Positions 1-11,590 of a stretch of DNA of 64,000 nucleotides are shown one piece after another. How positions within the stretch are numbered: the stretch's first letter is position 1; each line of letters starts with the position of its first letter. Under the pieces are notes generated by a model, which saw nothing but the letters and a program-made list of their open reading frames with translations, did no database searches and had not been told where the DNA came from. The translations under genes and the position numbers were made by a program. The stretch spans positions 16,675 to 80,674 of the forward strand of contig JBGQFF010000001.1 in NCBI GenBank assembly GCA_041496745.1, given 5' to 3'. This DNA comes from Gammaproteobacteria bacterium (GTDB lineage Bacteria > Pseudomonadota > Gammaproteobacteria > Burkholderiales > SG8-39).

Positions 1-197
1 CACATCAAGACGAAATCGCAGCCCTGGGCGGCGTCCCTGGGCGTGGCGGCGGATTTGCCGCCGTACTCCTTGACCCACTGCTGCGCCTTGGCCGCCGAAC
101 GGTTGTAGACGGTCACGTCGTGAGCGCCCTTTTTCAGCAGGTGACCCGCCATCGGGTAGCCCATCACACCCAATCCGAGGAATGCGACCTTGGCCAT
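1..197 (-). CDS. NAD(P)-dependent oxidoreductase, beta-hydroxyacid/3-hydroxyisobutyrate dehydrogenase family (N-terminal part, runs off the window)
   Basis: The reverse translation from the ATG at 197 reads [34 protein letters not shown]. This is the GxGxxG Rossmann N-terminus typical of HIBADH/6PGDH-NAD-binding proteins. Confidence 0.8.
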   Translation of the reverse strand, partial: MAKVAFLGLGVMGYPMAGHLLKKGAHDVTVYNRSAAKAQQWVKEYGGKSAATPRDAAQGCDFVLM

Positions 198-254
198 CTG
201 TTTTCTCCCAAGCTGTTGTCTGTATTAGGAAAACCGGATGTTACCCCAGCCGCG

Positions 255-282
255 TTGACAGGTCCGCGTCAACGGCTACAAT
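255..282 (+). promoter_or_regulatory. Putative sigma70 promoter of recA (TTGACA-16 nt-TACAAT)
   Basis: TTGACA at 255-260 and TACAAT at 277-282 are separated by a 16-nt spacer, about 80 nt upstream of the recA start. The -35 element lies inside the inverted repeat GTTGAC-N8-GTCAAC (254-273). Confidence 0.5.
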
Positions 283-363
283 ACATGGACGTTTATACAG
301 TATCCGGTGCCGGCCCAGGTCCTGCCTGCCGCAGATGCCGACAACCAGAACAAGAGGTACGAC

Positions 364-1458
<1,095 letters not shown>

Positions 1459-1460
1459 GA

Positions 1461-1907
1461 ATGGACGGTCCTGACACGCCCGCGGCGCTCAAGGCGCGGG
1501 CACTCAGGCACCTAGTGCGGCGCGAGCATTCGCGATTCGAGCTGGCCCGCAAGCTCGCCCCTTTCACGCCATCGCCGGCGGCGCTCGAGCAATTGCTCGA
1601 TGCGCTGGCGGCGAAGAAGCAGCTTTCAGACGAGCGCTACGCCGAGCTGCGCGCGCACCAGCTCTCGCGCAAGTACGGCGCCGCGCGCATCCGGCTCGAG
1701 CTGAAGGCCAAAGGCATCAACCAGGAACTCATCGCACGCGTTGGCCGGGAAAGCGAGCTGGCGCGCGCCGCCTCGATCCTGCAGCGCAAGTACCGCGCGC
1801 CCGCCGGTTCGCGCGAGGAACGTGCGCGGCGCATGCGTTTCCTGCAGAGCCGCGGCTTCTCCCACGACACGATTCGCAAGCTGCTGTCATCCGATGACGC
1901 CGACTAG
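1461..1907 (+). CDS. recX: Recombination regulator RecX
   Basis: ATG 1461 lies 3 nt after the recA stop. The translation [32 protein letters not shown]...[17 protein letters not shown] has the RecX helical-repeat pattern. It forms the C-terminal part of the artefactual 120-1907 ORF. Confidence 0.9.
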   Translation: MDGPDTPAALKARALRHLVRREHSRFELARKLAPFTPSPAALEQLLDALAAKKQLSDERYAELRAHQLSRKYGAARIRLELKAKGINQELIARVGRESELARAASILQRKYRAPAGSREERARRMRFLQSRGFSHDTIRKLLSSDDAD

Positions 1908-1946
1908 GCGTTGATCAGGGTGCGCGACTCGCGCGGAAAGGGGGTG

Positions 1947-2291
1947 ATGGGAATGGATCAGGCACAGGCATTGGCAATCGTGAAGTCGCTCGCCAACGGC
2001 GTCGATCCGGAAAGCGGCGAAGTGTTCCAGGCCGAAGGCGCCTACCAGCGGCCGCAGACGGTGCGCGCGCTGTACACCGCGGTCGAGGCGCTGGAGCGCG
2101 CCGCGCAGTTCGAGCGACGCAAGCAGCAGCTGCCGGCGAAGACCGGGGAGCCGTGGACGGAAGACGAGGACCGCAAGCTCCTGGCGTCGTTCGACGCGGG
2201 GCATGCGCTCGGCGATCTGGCCGTGGCGCACCAGCGCACGCAGACGGGCATTCGCGCGCGGCTGGTGAAGTACGGCCGGCTCGCGGCGTAG
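1947..2291 (+). CDS. Hypothetical small protein with a SANT/Myb-like segment
   Basis: ORF 1911-2291. A Shine-Dalgarno (SD) sequence AAAGGGGG at 1938-1944 favours ATG 1947 or 1953. The C-terminal half reads GEPWTEDEDRKLLASFDAGHALGDLAVAHQRTQTGIRARL, which fits the W-x-EDED-x-L Myb/SANT pattern. Confidence 0.6.
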   Translation: MGMDQAQALAIVKSLANGVDPESGEVFQAEGAYQRPQTVRALYTAVEALERAAQFERRKQQLPAKTGEPWTEDEDRKLLASFDAGHALGDLAVAHQRTQTGIRARLVKYGRLAA

Positions 2292-2307
2292 CGCGGAGGG
2301 CAGGGGA

Positions 2308-2333
2308 GCCTGCGGCGCCCCAGCGCCGCAGGC
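2308..2333 (+). terminator. GC-rich hairpin after the 1947-2291 ORF (possible intrinsic terminator)
   Basis: A perfect 11-bp stem GCCTGCGGCGC / GCGCCGCAGGC has a CCCA loop and is followed by GCTCCTTTGGG, which is only a weak U-tract. Confidence 0.4.
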
Positions 2334-2374
2334 GCTCCTTTGGGCCGCAGGCCTTCCTTTAGAATACCGGGCCT

Positions 2375-4976
<2,602 letters not shown>

Positions 4977-4993
<17 letters not shown>

Positions 4994-5459
4994 GTTCTGC
5001 CCCGCGTGTGCGGCGCCGCTCGCGGTGCGGGCAGGGGACGCGCGCCTTGGCTGCGCCGCCTGCGGCTACGTGCACTGGGACAACCCGGTGCCGGTGGTGG
5101 CGGCGATCGTCGAGCATGAGGGCGAGGTGATCCTCGCCCGCAACAAGGCCTGGCCGGAAAAGATGTACGGCCTGGTCGCCGGTTTCCTGGAAAAGGACGA
5201 AGCGCCGCAGGAGGGCGTGAAGCGCGAGGTGAAGGAGGAACTGGACCTCGACGCGAGCGCCGCGCACCTCGTCGGGCTCTACCCCTTCGCCCGCCGCAAC
5301 GAACTCATAATTGCCTACCATGTCCCGGCCACCGGCACGGTGCGGCTGAACGAGGAACTGGCCGACTACCGGCGCATCCCGCCGGAGAAGCTCCGGCCCT
5401 GGGATTTCGGCACCGGCTTGGCAGTGGCGGACTGGTTGAAGAGGAGAGCCGCGTCGTGA
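4977..5459 (+). CDS. NUDIX hydrolase with N-terminal zinc ribbon
   Basis: It contains CPACAAPL...CAACG and the Nudix box [23 protein letters not shown]. The TTG start overlaps the alaS end. Confidence 0.85.
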
Positions 5460-5800
5460 GAACTGTGGCATTCCTTGCCGCATTCGTATTGGTTGCGGCA
5501 CCGGGTTTGGCGCACCACGGCTGGAGCCAATACGACTCCTCCAGGATGCTGAAGCTCACCGGCAAGATCAGCGCATCCGGCTACGAGCACCCGCACGGCT
5601 ACGTGAAGCTCCAGGCGCCTGGCAAGACCTGGCTGTGCGTGCTCGCGCCGCCTTCGCGCATGCGGAACCGCGGCCTGGCGAAGGACATGCTCAAGCCCGG
5701 CACCGCGGCGACGCTCGAGGGCTACCCCAACCGCAACAAGCCCGCGGAGATGCGCGCCGAGCGCATCACGATCGGCGGCAAGACTGTCGAACTGAGGTAA
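5456..5800 (+). CDS. Small secreted protein (DUF6152-like); the predicted mature N-terminus is His-His
   Basis: The signal peptide [19 protein letters not shown] is followed by HHGWSQYD. A GTGA overlap links it to the NUDIX stop. Confidence 0.65.
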   Translation: MRTVAFLAAFVLVAAPGLAHHGWSQYDSSRMLKLTGKISASGYEHPHGYVKLQAPGKTWLCVLAPPSRMRNRGLAKDMLKPGTAATLEGYPNRNKPAEMRAERITIGGKTVELR

Positions 5801-5803
5801 GCC

Positions 5804-6280
5804 GTGACTCCCTTGGGCGCCATCGAGATGAGCGCCCTCGGCGTGGCGATGCGCCAGTCGCTGTGGCTGTACCCGATCGTAGAGATCGTGCACCTCACGG
5901 GCATCGCGCTGCTGGTCGGCTCGATCGCCATGCTCGATCTGCGCCTGCTGGGACTGTCGCGCTCGGTGCCGGTGCGGCGCCTCGCGTCCCACATCCTGCC
6001 GTGGACCGCGGCCAGCTTCCTGCTGATCGTGCCGAGCGGCCTCGCCATGTTCGTGGCGCACGCCGGGGACTTCATCGCCAGCCCGGTGTTCGTGCTGAAG
6101 ATCTGCCTGATCCTCGCCGCCGGGACGAACGCGGCGGTGTTCCACGCCGGCGTGTTCCGTGGGGCGGCGGACTGGGATGTGAACCGCCCGCCGCCCGCCG
6201 CGGCGCGCGTGTCGGCGGCGCTGTCGCTGCTGCTGTGGGTCTCGGTGATCGCCTGCGGGCGGCTGCTGGCCTATACCTAG
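5804..6280 (+). CDS. Integral membrane protein, function unknown
   Basis: The 158-aa ORF has 4-5 hydrophobic spans (LWLYPIVEIVHLTGIALLVGSIAML, ASFLLIVPSGLAMFV, FVLKICLILAAG, ALSLLLWVSVIACG). It starts 4 nt after the preceding stop. Confidence 0.6.
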   Translation: MTPLGAIEMSALGVAMRQSLWLYPIVEIVHLTGIALLVGSIAMLDLRLLGLSRSVPVRRLASHILPWTAASFLLIVPSGLAMFVAHAGDFIASPVFVLKICLILAAGTNAAVFHAGVFRGAADWDVNRPPPAAARVSAALSLLLWVSVIACGRLLAYT

Positions 6281-7332
6281 AAGCCGATGCGCGCCTTCCG
6301 GGCGCGCCCGTCCCGCACGTCTTCGGGCCGCAGCTCCCCGCGCCCGGCGAGCTTGGCGTTGCCGAACGCGGCCAGCGTTGCGCGCCGCATCTCCCGGGGC
6401 GAGAGTTCGGCGAGTTTCTCCACCACCGCCGTGCGCGGCGCCTCGGGAAAGCCCTTGCCCCAGTCGTGCGCGCCGCGGATCTCGCGGTAGATGGACAGCG
6501 CGATGCGCGCCGCGCCCTCGGCGTCCGGCGCTTCGATCTCGTAGACGTGCATGCGGTTGAGGATCGGTTCGGGGATGCGCGCGGCGTCGTTGGCGGTGGC
6601 GAACCACACCGCGCCGGAGGCGTCGATCGGGATCTCGGCGAACTCGTCGACGAAGCGCGTCGCGGTGTCCACCTCGAGCAGGCTGTACAGGGCACCGAGC
6701 GGGTCGTACTGGCCCTCCGCGCTCGCCTTGTCGATCTCGTCCACCACCATCACCGGGTTGGCGTAGTCGCCGTTGAGGAAGGTGTCGAACACCTTGCCCG
6801 GCTTGGCGTTCTTCCATTGCGAGGAGGCGCCGCTCAGGATCCAGCCGGCGGTGAGCGAGCTCATCGGCACGAAGCCGTAGCCGGTGCCGAGCAACTGCGC
6901 GATGCGCCGCGCGAAGTGCGTCTTGCCGATGCCCGGTTCACCCAGCAGCAGTATCGGCGGCAGCTCGACGGCGTCCTCGGAATCGATGCACAGCGCCAAC
7001 TGCTTGCGCATGTCCTCGAGCACAGCGCCGAAATTGGGCAGCTCGTCGAACAACTGGTCCATCGCCGGCATGGCGGAGGGCTTGACGGTGAAGCGCTGGC
7101 CGCCGACGCGCAGCATCTTGTCGTAGAGCGCACGCAGCGCCTCGTTCGCGCCGGGAGGGAGTTCCTGCAGCGCCTTTTCCACGGCCGGAACGTCGTAGAC
7201 GTCCTTGAAACCCGCAATCGGAATAGTCACGAGTGAAAACGCTAACAGACGCAGCAAGGCGAAGCAAATCCGGGAGGCCGCATTCTGGCAGTCCGCGGCG
7301 CCGAGTGCCAGATGCGCGCCGTGTAGGCGCAT
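6277..7332 (-). CDS. AAA+ ATPase (Lon-like ATPase module with no protease domain)
   Basis: It has Walker A LLLGEPGIGKTHFA, Walker B VMVVDEIDKAS, and sensor region PEPILNRMHVYEIEAP. The start is uncertain: ATG 7332 or GTG 7230 (VTIPIAGFKD). Confidence 0.8.
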   Translation of the reverse strand: MRLHGAHLALGAADCQNAASRICFALLRLLAFSLVTIPIAGFKDVYDVPAVEKALQELPPGANEALRALYDKMLRVGGQRFTVKPSAMPAMDQLFDELPNFGAVLEDMRKQLALCIDSEDAVELPPILLLGEPGIGKTHFARRIAQLLGTGYGFVPMSSLTAGWILSGASSQWKNAKPGKVFDTFLNGDYANPVMVVDEIDKASAEGQYDPLGALYSLLEVDTATRFVDEFAEIPIDASGAVWFATANDAARIPEPILNRMHVYEIEAPDAEGAARIALSIYREIRGAHDWGKGFPEAPRTAVVEKLAELSPREMRRATLAAFGNAKLAGRGELRPEDVRDGRARKARIGF

Positions 7333-7368
7333 TTGCCTTGCCCCGGGAGTTCATGCTTGAATGCCGGC

Positions 7369-7434
7369 ATGACCCGCTGGTACTTCGGCTATTTTTTCCA
7401 CTTCCCGCGCCCTCTGGCGGAGGGGAACGGCTAG
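7369..7434 (+). CDS. Putative aromatic-amino-acid leader peptide MTRWYFGYFFHFPRPLAEGNG
   Basis: This 21-codon ORF has 7 of 9 consecutive codons encoding W/Y/F (TGG TAC TTC GGC TAT TTT TTC CAC TTC). It lies 77 nt upstream of the DAHP synthase start and just 5' of a terminator hairpin. Confidence 0.6.
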   Translation: MTRWYFGYFFHFPRPLAEGNG

Positions 7435-7459
7435 CCGCACTTCCAGCGAAACCGAGAAA

Positions 7460-7493
7460 CCGCCAGAGCAGAGATGCCTGGCGGTTTTTTTTT
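7460..7493 (+). terminator. Rho-independent terminator/attenuator in the aroG leader
   Basis: The stem CCGCCAG(A)GCA / TGCCTGGCGG has a GAGA loop (7460-7484) and is followed by nine T (7485-7493). The left arm CCGCCAGAG (7460-7468) is also perfectly complementary to CTCTGGCGG (7412-7420) inside the leader ORF. Confidence 0.65.
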
Positions 7494-7510
7494 GACCTGA
7501 GGCCCACACC

Positions 7511-8629
7511 ATGACCGCGCCCACCGACTCCTTTCTCGGCCCCGTGCCCGCCGACAAGACTTCGCTCACCGACGACGAGCGCATCGAGAACATCGTCCCG
7601 CTGCCGCCGCCGGAGCACCTGATCCGCTTCTTCCCGATCCAGGGCACGCCGGTGGAAACGCTGATCGCCGAGACGCGGCGCCGCATCCGCGCCATCCTGC
7701 ACGGCAAGTCCGACCGCCTGCTGGTGGTGATGGGCCCGTGCTCGATCCACGACCCGGCCGCGGCGGTGGAGTACGCCGGGCGCCTCGCCGCCGAGCGCCG
7801 CCTGCACGAGGGCGAGCTGGAAATCCTGATGCGCGTGTATTTCGAGAAGCCGCGCACCACGGTGGGCTGGAAGGGGCTGATCAACGATCCCTACCTCAAC
7901 GGCAGTTACCGCATCAACGAGGGGCTGCGCATCGCGCGCGACCTGCTGGTGCGCATCAACCAGGCCGGCGTGCCCGCGGGCTGCGAGTTCCTCGACGTGA
8001 TCTCGCCACAATACATGGGCGACCTGGTGTCCTGGGGCGCGATCGGGGCGCGCACCACCGAGTCGCAGGTGCACCGCGAGCTGGCCTCCGGCCTGTCGGC
8101 GCCGGTCGGCTTCAAGAACGGCACCGACGGCAACGTGAGGATCGCCGTGGACGCGATCCTCGCCGCCAGCCAGAAGCACCATTTCCTTTCGGTGCACAAG
8201 ACCGGGCAGGTGGCGATCGTGCAGACGCGCGGCAACGACGACTGCCACATCATCCTGCGCGGCGGCAAATCGCCGAACTACGACGCGGCGAGCGTCGCCG
8301 CCGCCTGCGCCGAGCTCGTCAAGGCCAAGCTGCCCGAGCGCCTGATGATCGACTGCTCGCACGCCAACGCCGCCAAGCAGTTCAAGCGCCAGCTGGACGT
8401 GGCGCGCGACGTCGCGGCGCAGATCACGGGCGGCGAGCGGCGCATCGTCGGCACGATGGTCGAATCGCACCTGGTGGAGGGGCGCCAGGAGCTGACCCCG
8501 GGCAAGCCGCTGCAGTACGGCCAGAGCGTCACCGATGCCTGCCTCGGATGGAAGGACTCGCTGGAGGTGCTGGAGACGCTGGCCGGTGCGGTGAAGGAGC
8601 GGCGCAGCGCCGGCAAGAGCAGACGCTGA
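7511..8629 (+). CDS. aroG: 3-deoxy-7-phosphoheptulonate (DAHP) synthase, class I
   Basis: Conserved blocks include LLVVMGPCSIHDP, MRVYFEKPRTTVGWKGLINDP, WGAIGARTTESQVHRELASGLS and PVGFKNGTDG. The isoenzyme type is not assignable from sequence alone. Confidence 0.95.
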   Translation: MTAPTDSFLGPVPADKTSLTDDERIENIVPLPPPEHLIRFFPIQGTPVETLIAETRRRIRAILHGKSDRLLVVMGPCSIHDPAAAVEYAGRLAAERRLHEGELEILMRVYFEKPRTTVGWKGLINDPYLNGSYRINEGLRIARDLLVRINQAGVPAGCEFLDVISPQYMGDLVSWGAIGARTTESQVHRELASGLSAPVGFKNGTDGNVRIAVDAILAASQKHHFLSVHKTGQVAIVQTRGNDDCHIILRGGKSPNYDAASVAAACAELVKAKLPERLMIDCSHANAAKQFKRQLDVARDVAAQITGGERRIVGTMVESHLVEGRQELTPGKPLQYGQSVTDACLGWKDSLEVLETLAGAVKERRSAGKSRR

Positions 8630-8651
8630 GGCAGTCGTTAGAATCGCTGCC

Positions 8652-10124
8652 GTGGCCACTCTGACGCCGCGGCAGTGGTTCGCGTTCGCGCTCGCCGCGA
8701 CGCTCGCGTTCCGCTTCTGGCTCGCCGCCGTGCTGCCGATCACCGGCGACGAGGCCTATTTCATCCTGTGGGGGCGCTACCCCGACATCGGCTTCTACGA
8801 TCATCCGCCGATGGTCGGCTGGCTGTTGGCGCCGCTGCTGCGCATCTCCGAGGCGCCCTGGGTCCTGCGGCTGCCGGTGTTGCTGCTGCCGGTGCTGGTC
8901 GCGCTCCTCGTGCGCCATGCGCTGCGCTTCTGGTTCGGCCGCGACGCCGACACCGCGGACCTGGCGGCGATCGCGGTGCTGCTGGTGCCGCTGAACGTAT
9001 GGAACGTGCTGATCACCACCGACACGCCGCTGGCGCTGTTTTCGGTGGCCTCGCTGCTGGCGTTCGCGCGCGGGAGATTCCTGCTCGCCGGCGCGCTGCT
9101 CGGCCTTGCGTTCCTGTCCAAGTACCTCGCCGTGCTGCTGGGCCTTGCCTACCTCGCCTGGGCGCTGGCGTCGCGGCGCCCCGGGGCGTTCGCCCTGGTA
9201 TTCGCCGGCGCGCTGCCCTTCGGGCTGCTCAACCTGTACTGGAACTGGCAGGCCTGCTGGTGCAACGTGATGTTCAACGCCGTCAACCGGCACGACGACG
9301 CCGGGCTGTCCTGGACCACCCCGGCGCTGTACGCGGCCTCGCTCGCCTATCTTGCGGCGCCGCTCCTGTGGTTCGCGTGGCGCGAGCGCGGAAAGCTGCG
9401 CGCTGCGCTCGCGCATCCCGGCGAAGGCGCGCTGCTCGCCGCCTGGCTGGTGCCGCTGCTCGTGTTTGCTCTGCTCTCGCCGGTGCGGCGTATCGGGTTG
9501 CACTGGCTGCTGTCCTTCATTCCCGCCATGATCCTCAGCGTGGCGCTGGCGCTCGAGCGCCGGGCGCTGGTCATCACCGCGCGCTGGTTCGCCGGCTTCG
9601 CCGTGCTGCACGCGGTGGTGCTCGCGGCCCTGGTGGCCATGCCGCTCGAGACCTGGAAGTCCACGCGGATTTACCGGAACCTCGTCATGCTGGCGGACCC
9701 GGGCGCCGTGCTGCTTCCGCTGGCGCCCCTGATGGAAGGCGCCACGCTCGCCTACGAGAGCTATTCCATGGCGGCGGTGCTCTCGTTCCACACCAAGCGT
9801 GTCGTGCCGGTATTCGGGCCCGGCTCCTCGCACGCGCGGCACGACGACATTCTCACCGACTGGCGCAGCCAGCAGGGACGCGACCTGCTGATCCTGGGCC
9901 GCGACGAGCCGCGGCTGCAGAACTACCGGCCGTATTTCCGCACCGTGGAAACGCACCGTACCGAGGCGCGCGGCGCGACTTATCACGCGGTGCTCGGCCG
10001 CGGCTTCGATTACGCCGCCTACCGCGAGGGCGTACTGAAGTCCGTGCGCGAGCGCTGGTACCGCATTCCGCCGGCGCTGCCGGTGGGTCGCTGCTACTTT
10101 TTCGAGCGCTACGGCTTGCAGTGA
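8652..10124 (+). CDS. GT-C fold glycosyltransferase, family 39 / ArnT-PMT-like (polyprenyl-phosphate-sugar dependent)
   Basis: This is a 490-aa polytopic membrane protein. Its N-terminal motif LPITGDEAYFILWGRYPDIGFYDHPPMVGW is typical of ArnT/PMT-family enzymes. Confidence 0.85.
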   Translation: MATLTPRQWFAFALAATLAFRFWLAAVLPITGDEAYFILWGRYPDIGFYDHPPMVGWLLAPLLRISEAPWVLRLPVLLLPVLVALLVRHALRFWFGRDADTADLAAIAVLLVPLNVWNVLITTDTPLALFSVASLLAFARGRFLLAGALLGLAFLSKYLAVLLGLAYLAWALASRRPGAFALVFAGALPFGLLNLYWNWQACWCNVMFNAVNRHDDAGLSWTTPALYAASLAYLAAPLLWFAWRERGKLRAALAHPGEGALLAAWLVPLLVFALLSPVRRIGLHWLLSFIPAMILSVALALERRALVITARWFAGFAVLHAVVLAALVAMPLETWKSTRIYRNLVMLADPGAVLLPLAPLMEGATLAYESYSMAAVLSFHTKRVVPVFGPGSSHARHDDILTDWRSQQGRDLLILGRDEPRLQNYRPYFRTVETHRTEARGATYHAVLGRGFDYAAYREGVLKSVRERWYRIPPALPVGRCYFFERYGLQ

Positions 10125-10990
10125 CCGCGCGCGACATCGTCCAGCTGCTGCGCCCGCACCACTGGGTGAAGAACGGCTTCGTGCTGGCCGGATTGCTGTT
10201 CGGCCACGCGCGGGATGAGCCCGGCACCGTCGCGGCGGCGCTGCTCGCCACCCTGGCCTTCTGCCTCGCTTCGAGCGCGGTGTATGCGTTCAACGACGCG
10301 CTTGACGCGGAGCGCGATCGCGAGCACCCGGACAAGAACGGCCGGCCGGTGGCGCGCGGCGCCGTTTCGGCGGCCGCCGCGCTCGGCATCGCCGCGGTGC
10401 TCTCGACCGCGGCGCTCGGCATCGCTGCCTGGACCGGCTGGCAGGTGGCGGCCACCGCCGGCGCCTACCTCGCGCTCAACGCCGCCTACAGCCTGGGACT
10501 GAAGCACGTCCCGGTGCTCGACGTGTTCGCCATCGCCGCGGGCTTCATGCTGCGGCTGCTCGCCGGCACCTGGGGCATCGGCATCGAGCCCTCGCGCTGG
10601 CTGCTCGCCTGCGGTTTCCTGCTCACGCTGTTCCTCGGCTTCGCCAAGCGCCGCGCGGAGCTCGAGCGCCTCGCGCACGGCGCCGGCCAGCATCGCGCGG
10701 TGCTCGAGTCCTACAGCCTGGCGTTCCTCGACAAGGCGGTGTTCGCCTGCGTCGTCGGCATGGTGGTCAGCTACGGCCTGTACACGGTGTCGGCCGAAAC
10801 CGTCGCGCTGCACGGCACGGAGAACCTGATCTGGACGCTGCCCTGGGTGCTGCTCGGCAGCTTCCGTTATCTTTTCCGCCTGCACTACCGCGGCGGCGGC
10901 GGCGATCCCACGCAGGAGCTGCTGCGCGACCCGCTGCTCGCGGCGTCGGCGCTGGGCTGGGTGGCCACGGTGGTATGGCTGATCGGCTAG
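10121..10990 (+). CDS. UbiA-family prenyltransferase resembling decaprenyl-phosphate phosphoribosyltransferase (DPPR synthase)
   Basis: The GTG start overlaps the upstream stop (GTGA). It carries LLRPHHWVKNGFVLAGLLF and the NDALDAERDREHPDKNGRPVARG motif characteristic of the DPPR-synthase branch of UbiA. It is the C-terminal part of the artefactual ORF 8675-10990. Confidence 0.85.
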   Translation: MTARDIVQLLRPHHWVKNGFVLAGLLFGHARDEPGTVAAALLATLAFCLASSAVYAFNDALDAERDREHPDKNGRPVARGAVSAAAALGIAAVLSTAALGIAAWTGWQVAATAGAYLALNAAYSLGLKHVPVLDVFAIAAGFMLRLLAGTWGIGIEPSRWLLACGFLLTLFLGFAKRRAELERLAHGAGQHRAVLESYSLAFLDKAVFACVVGMVVSYGLYTVSAETVALHGTENLIWTLPWVLLGSFRYLFRLHYRGGGGDPTQELLRDPLLAASALGWVATVVWLIG

Positions 10991-11559
10991 AATTCCCCGC
11001 ACCCCTCCACGCCGCCATGGCCGACCGTCCCCAGCAGCTCGCGCACCTCGAATACCTCGGCGACGCCGCCCGCTTCGCCGGCCAGATCCACGCGTTGATT
11101 CCGAAGTGCTCGCTGCTGGAGAACTTCACCCCGGCGGAAGTGCGCCTGCTGACGCATTTCATGCAGGTGTACCGCGCGGCCGTGGGAATGGAAGTCATCC
11201 GCGAGGGCGACGGCGGCGATTTCATGCTCATCGTGGTCGAGGGCCGCGTCGAGGTGCGCAAGCAGGACCGCTGGAACACGCCGCAGCCGATCGCGGTGGT
11301 GGAGCCCGGCCGCGCCCTGGGCGAGATGTCGATGATCGACGGCGAGGCGCGCTTCGCCACCTGCGTGGCAGTCGAGCCGCTGCTGGTGGCGGCGCTGGAC
11401 CGCGAGAGCCTGGCGCGCATCATCGTCGAGCACCCGCTGCTCGGCGCCAAGATCCTGATGGAGCTGGTGCTGATGCTGTCGCAGCGGCTGCGTGCCACCA
11501 GCGACCGCCTGATGCAGCTGCTCGAGGAGCAGGGCCAGAGCAGCGCCGGCCTGCTGTAA
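10975..11559 (+). CDS. Stand-alone cyclic-nucleotide-binding domain protein (no output domain)
   Basis: CAP-effector-domain pattern: FMLIVVEGRVEVRK...GRALGEMSMIDGEARFATCVA. The alternative start is ATG 11017. Confidence 0.85.
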   Translation: MADRLEFPAPLHAAMADRPQQLAHLEYLGDAARFAGQIHALIPKCSLLENFTPAEVRLLTHFMQVYRAAVGMEVIREGDGGDFMLIVVEGRVEVRKQDRWNTPQPIAVVEPGRALGEMSMIDGEARFATCVAVEPLLVAALDRESLARIIVEHPLLGAKILMELVLMLSQRLRATSDRLMQLLEEQGQSSAGLL

Positions 11560-11590
11560 GCCGCGCGCGGCCCGCTGCGCCCCATCCCGC

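Noticed and set aside
282-302. A possible LexA/SOS box, TACATGGACGTTTATACAGTA, lies downstream of the recA -10 element.
   Set aside because: Only the right half (ATACAGTA) matches CTGT-N8-ACAG-type operators. The left half is degenerate and the spacing is off by one base. I therefore do not call it an operator, and report it instead as an oddity in the findings.
7353-7514. An alternative 53-codon leader ORF (MLECRHDPLVLRLFFPL...WRFFFDLRPTP) reads through the terminator and ends in an ATGA overlap with aroG.
   Set aside because: It has a closer GGGAG upstream and contains FF/FFF. Those Phe codons are just the terminator T-run, however, and the peptide is otherwise unremarkable. The 7369-7434 frame, with seven aromatic codons clustered upstream of the alternative pairing segment, fits attenuation much better. 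I keep it only as an alternative to test.
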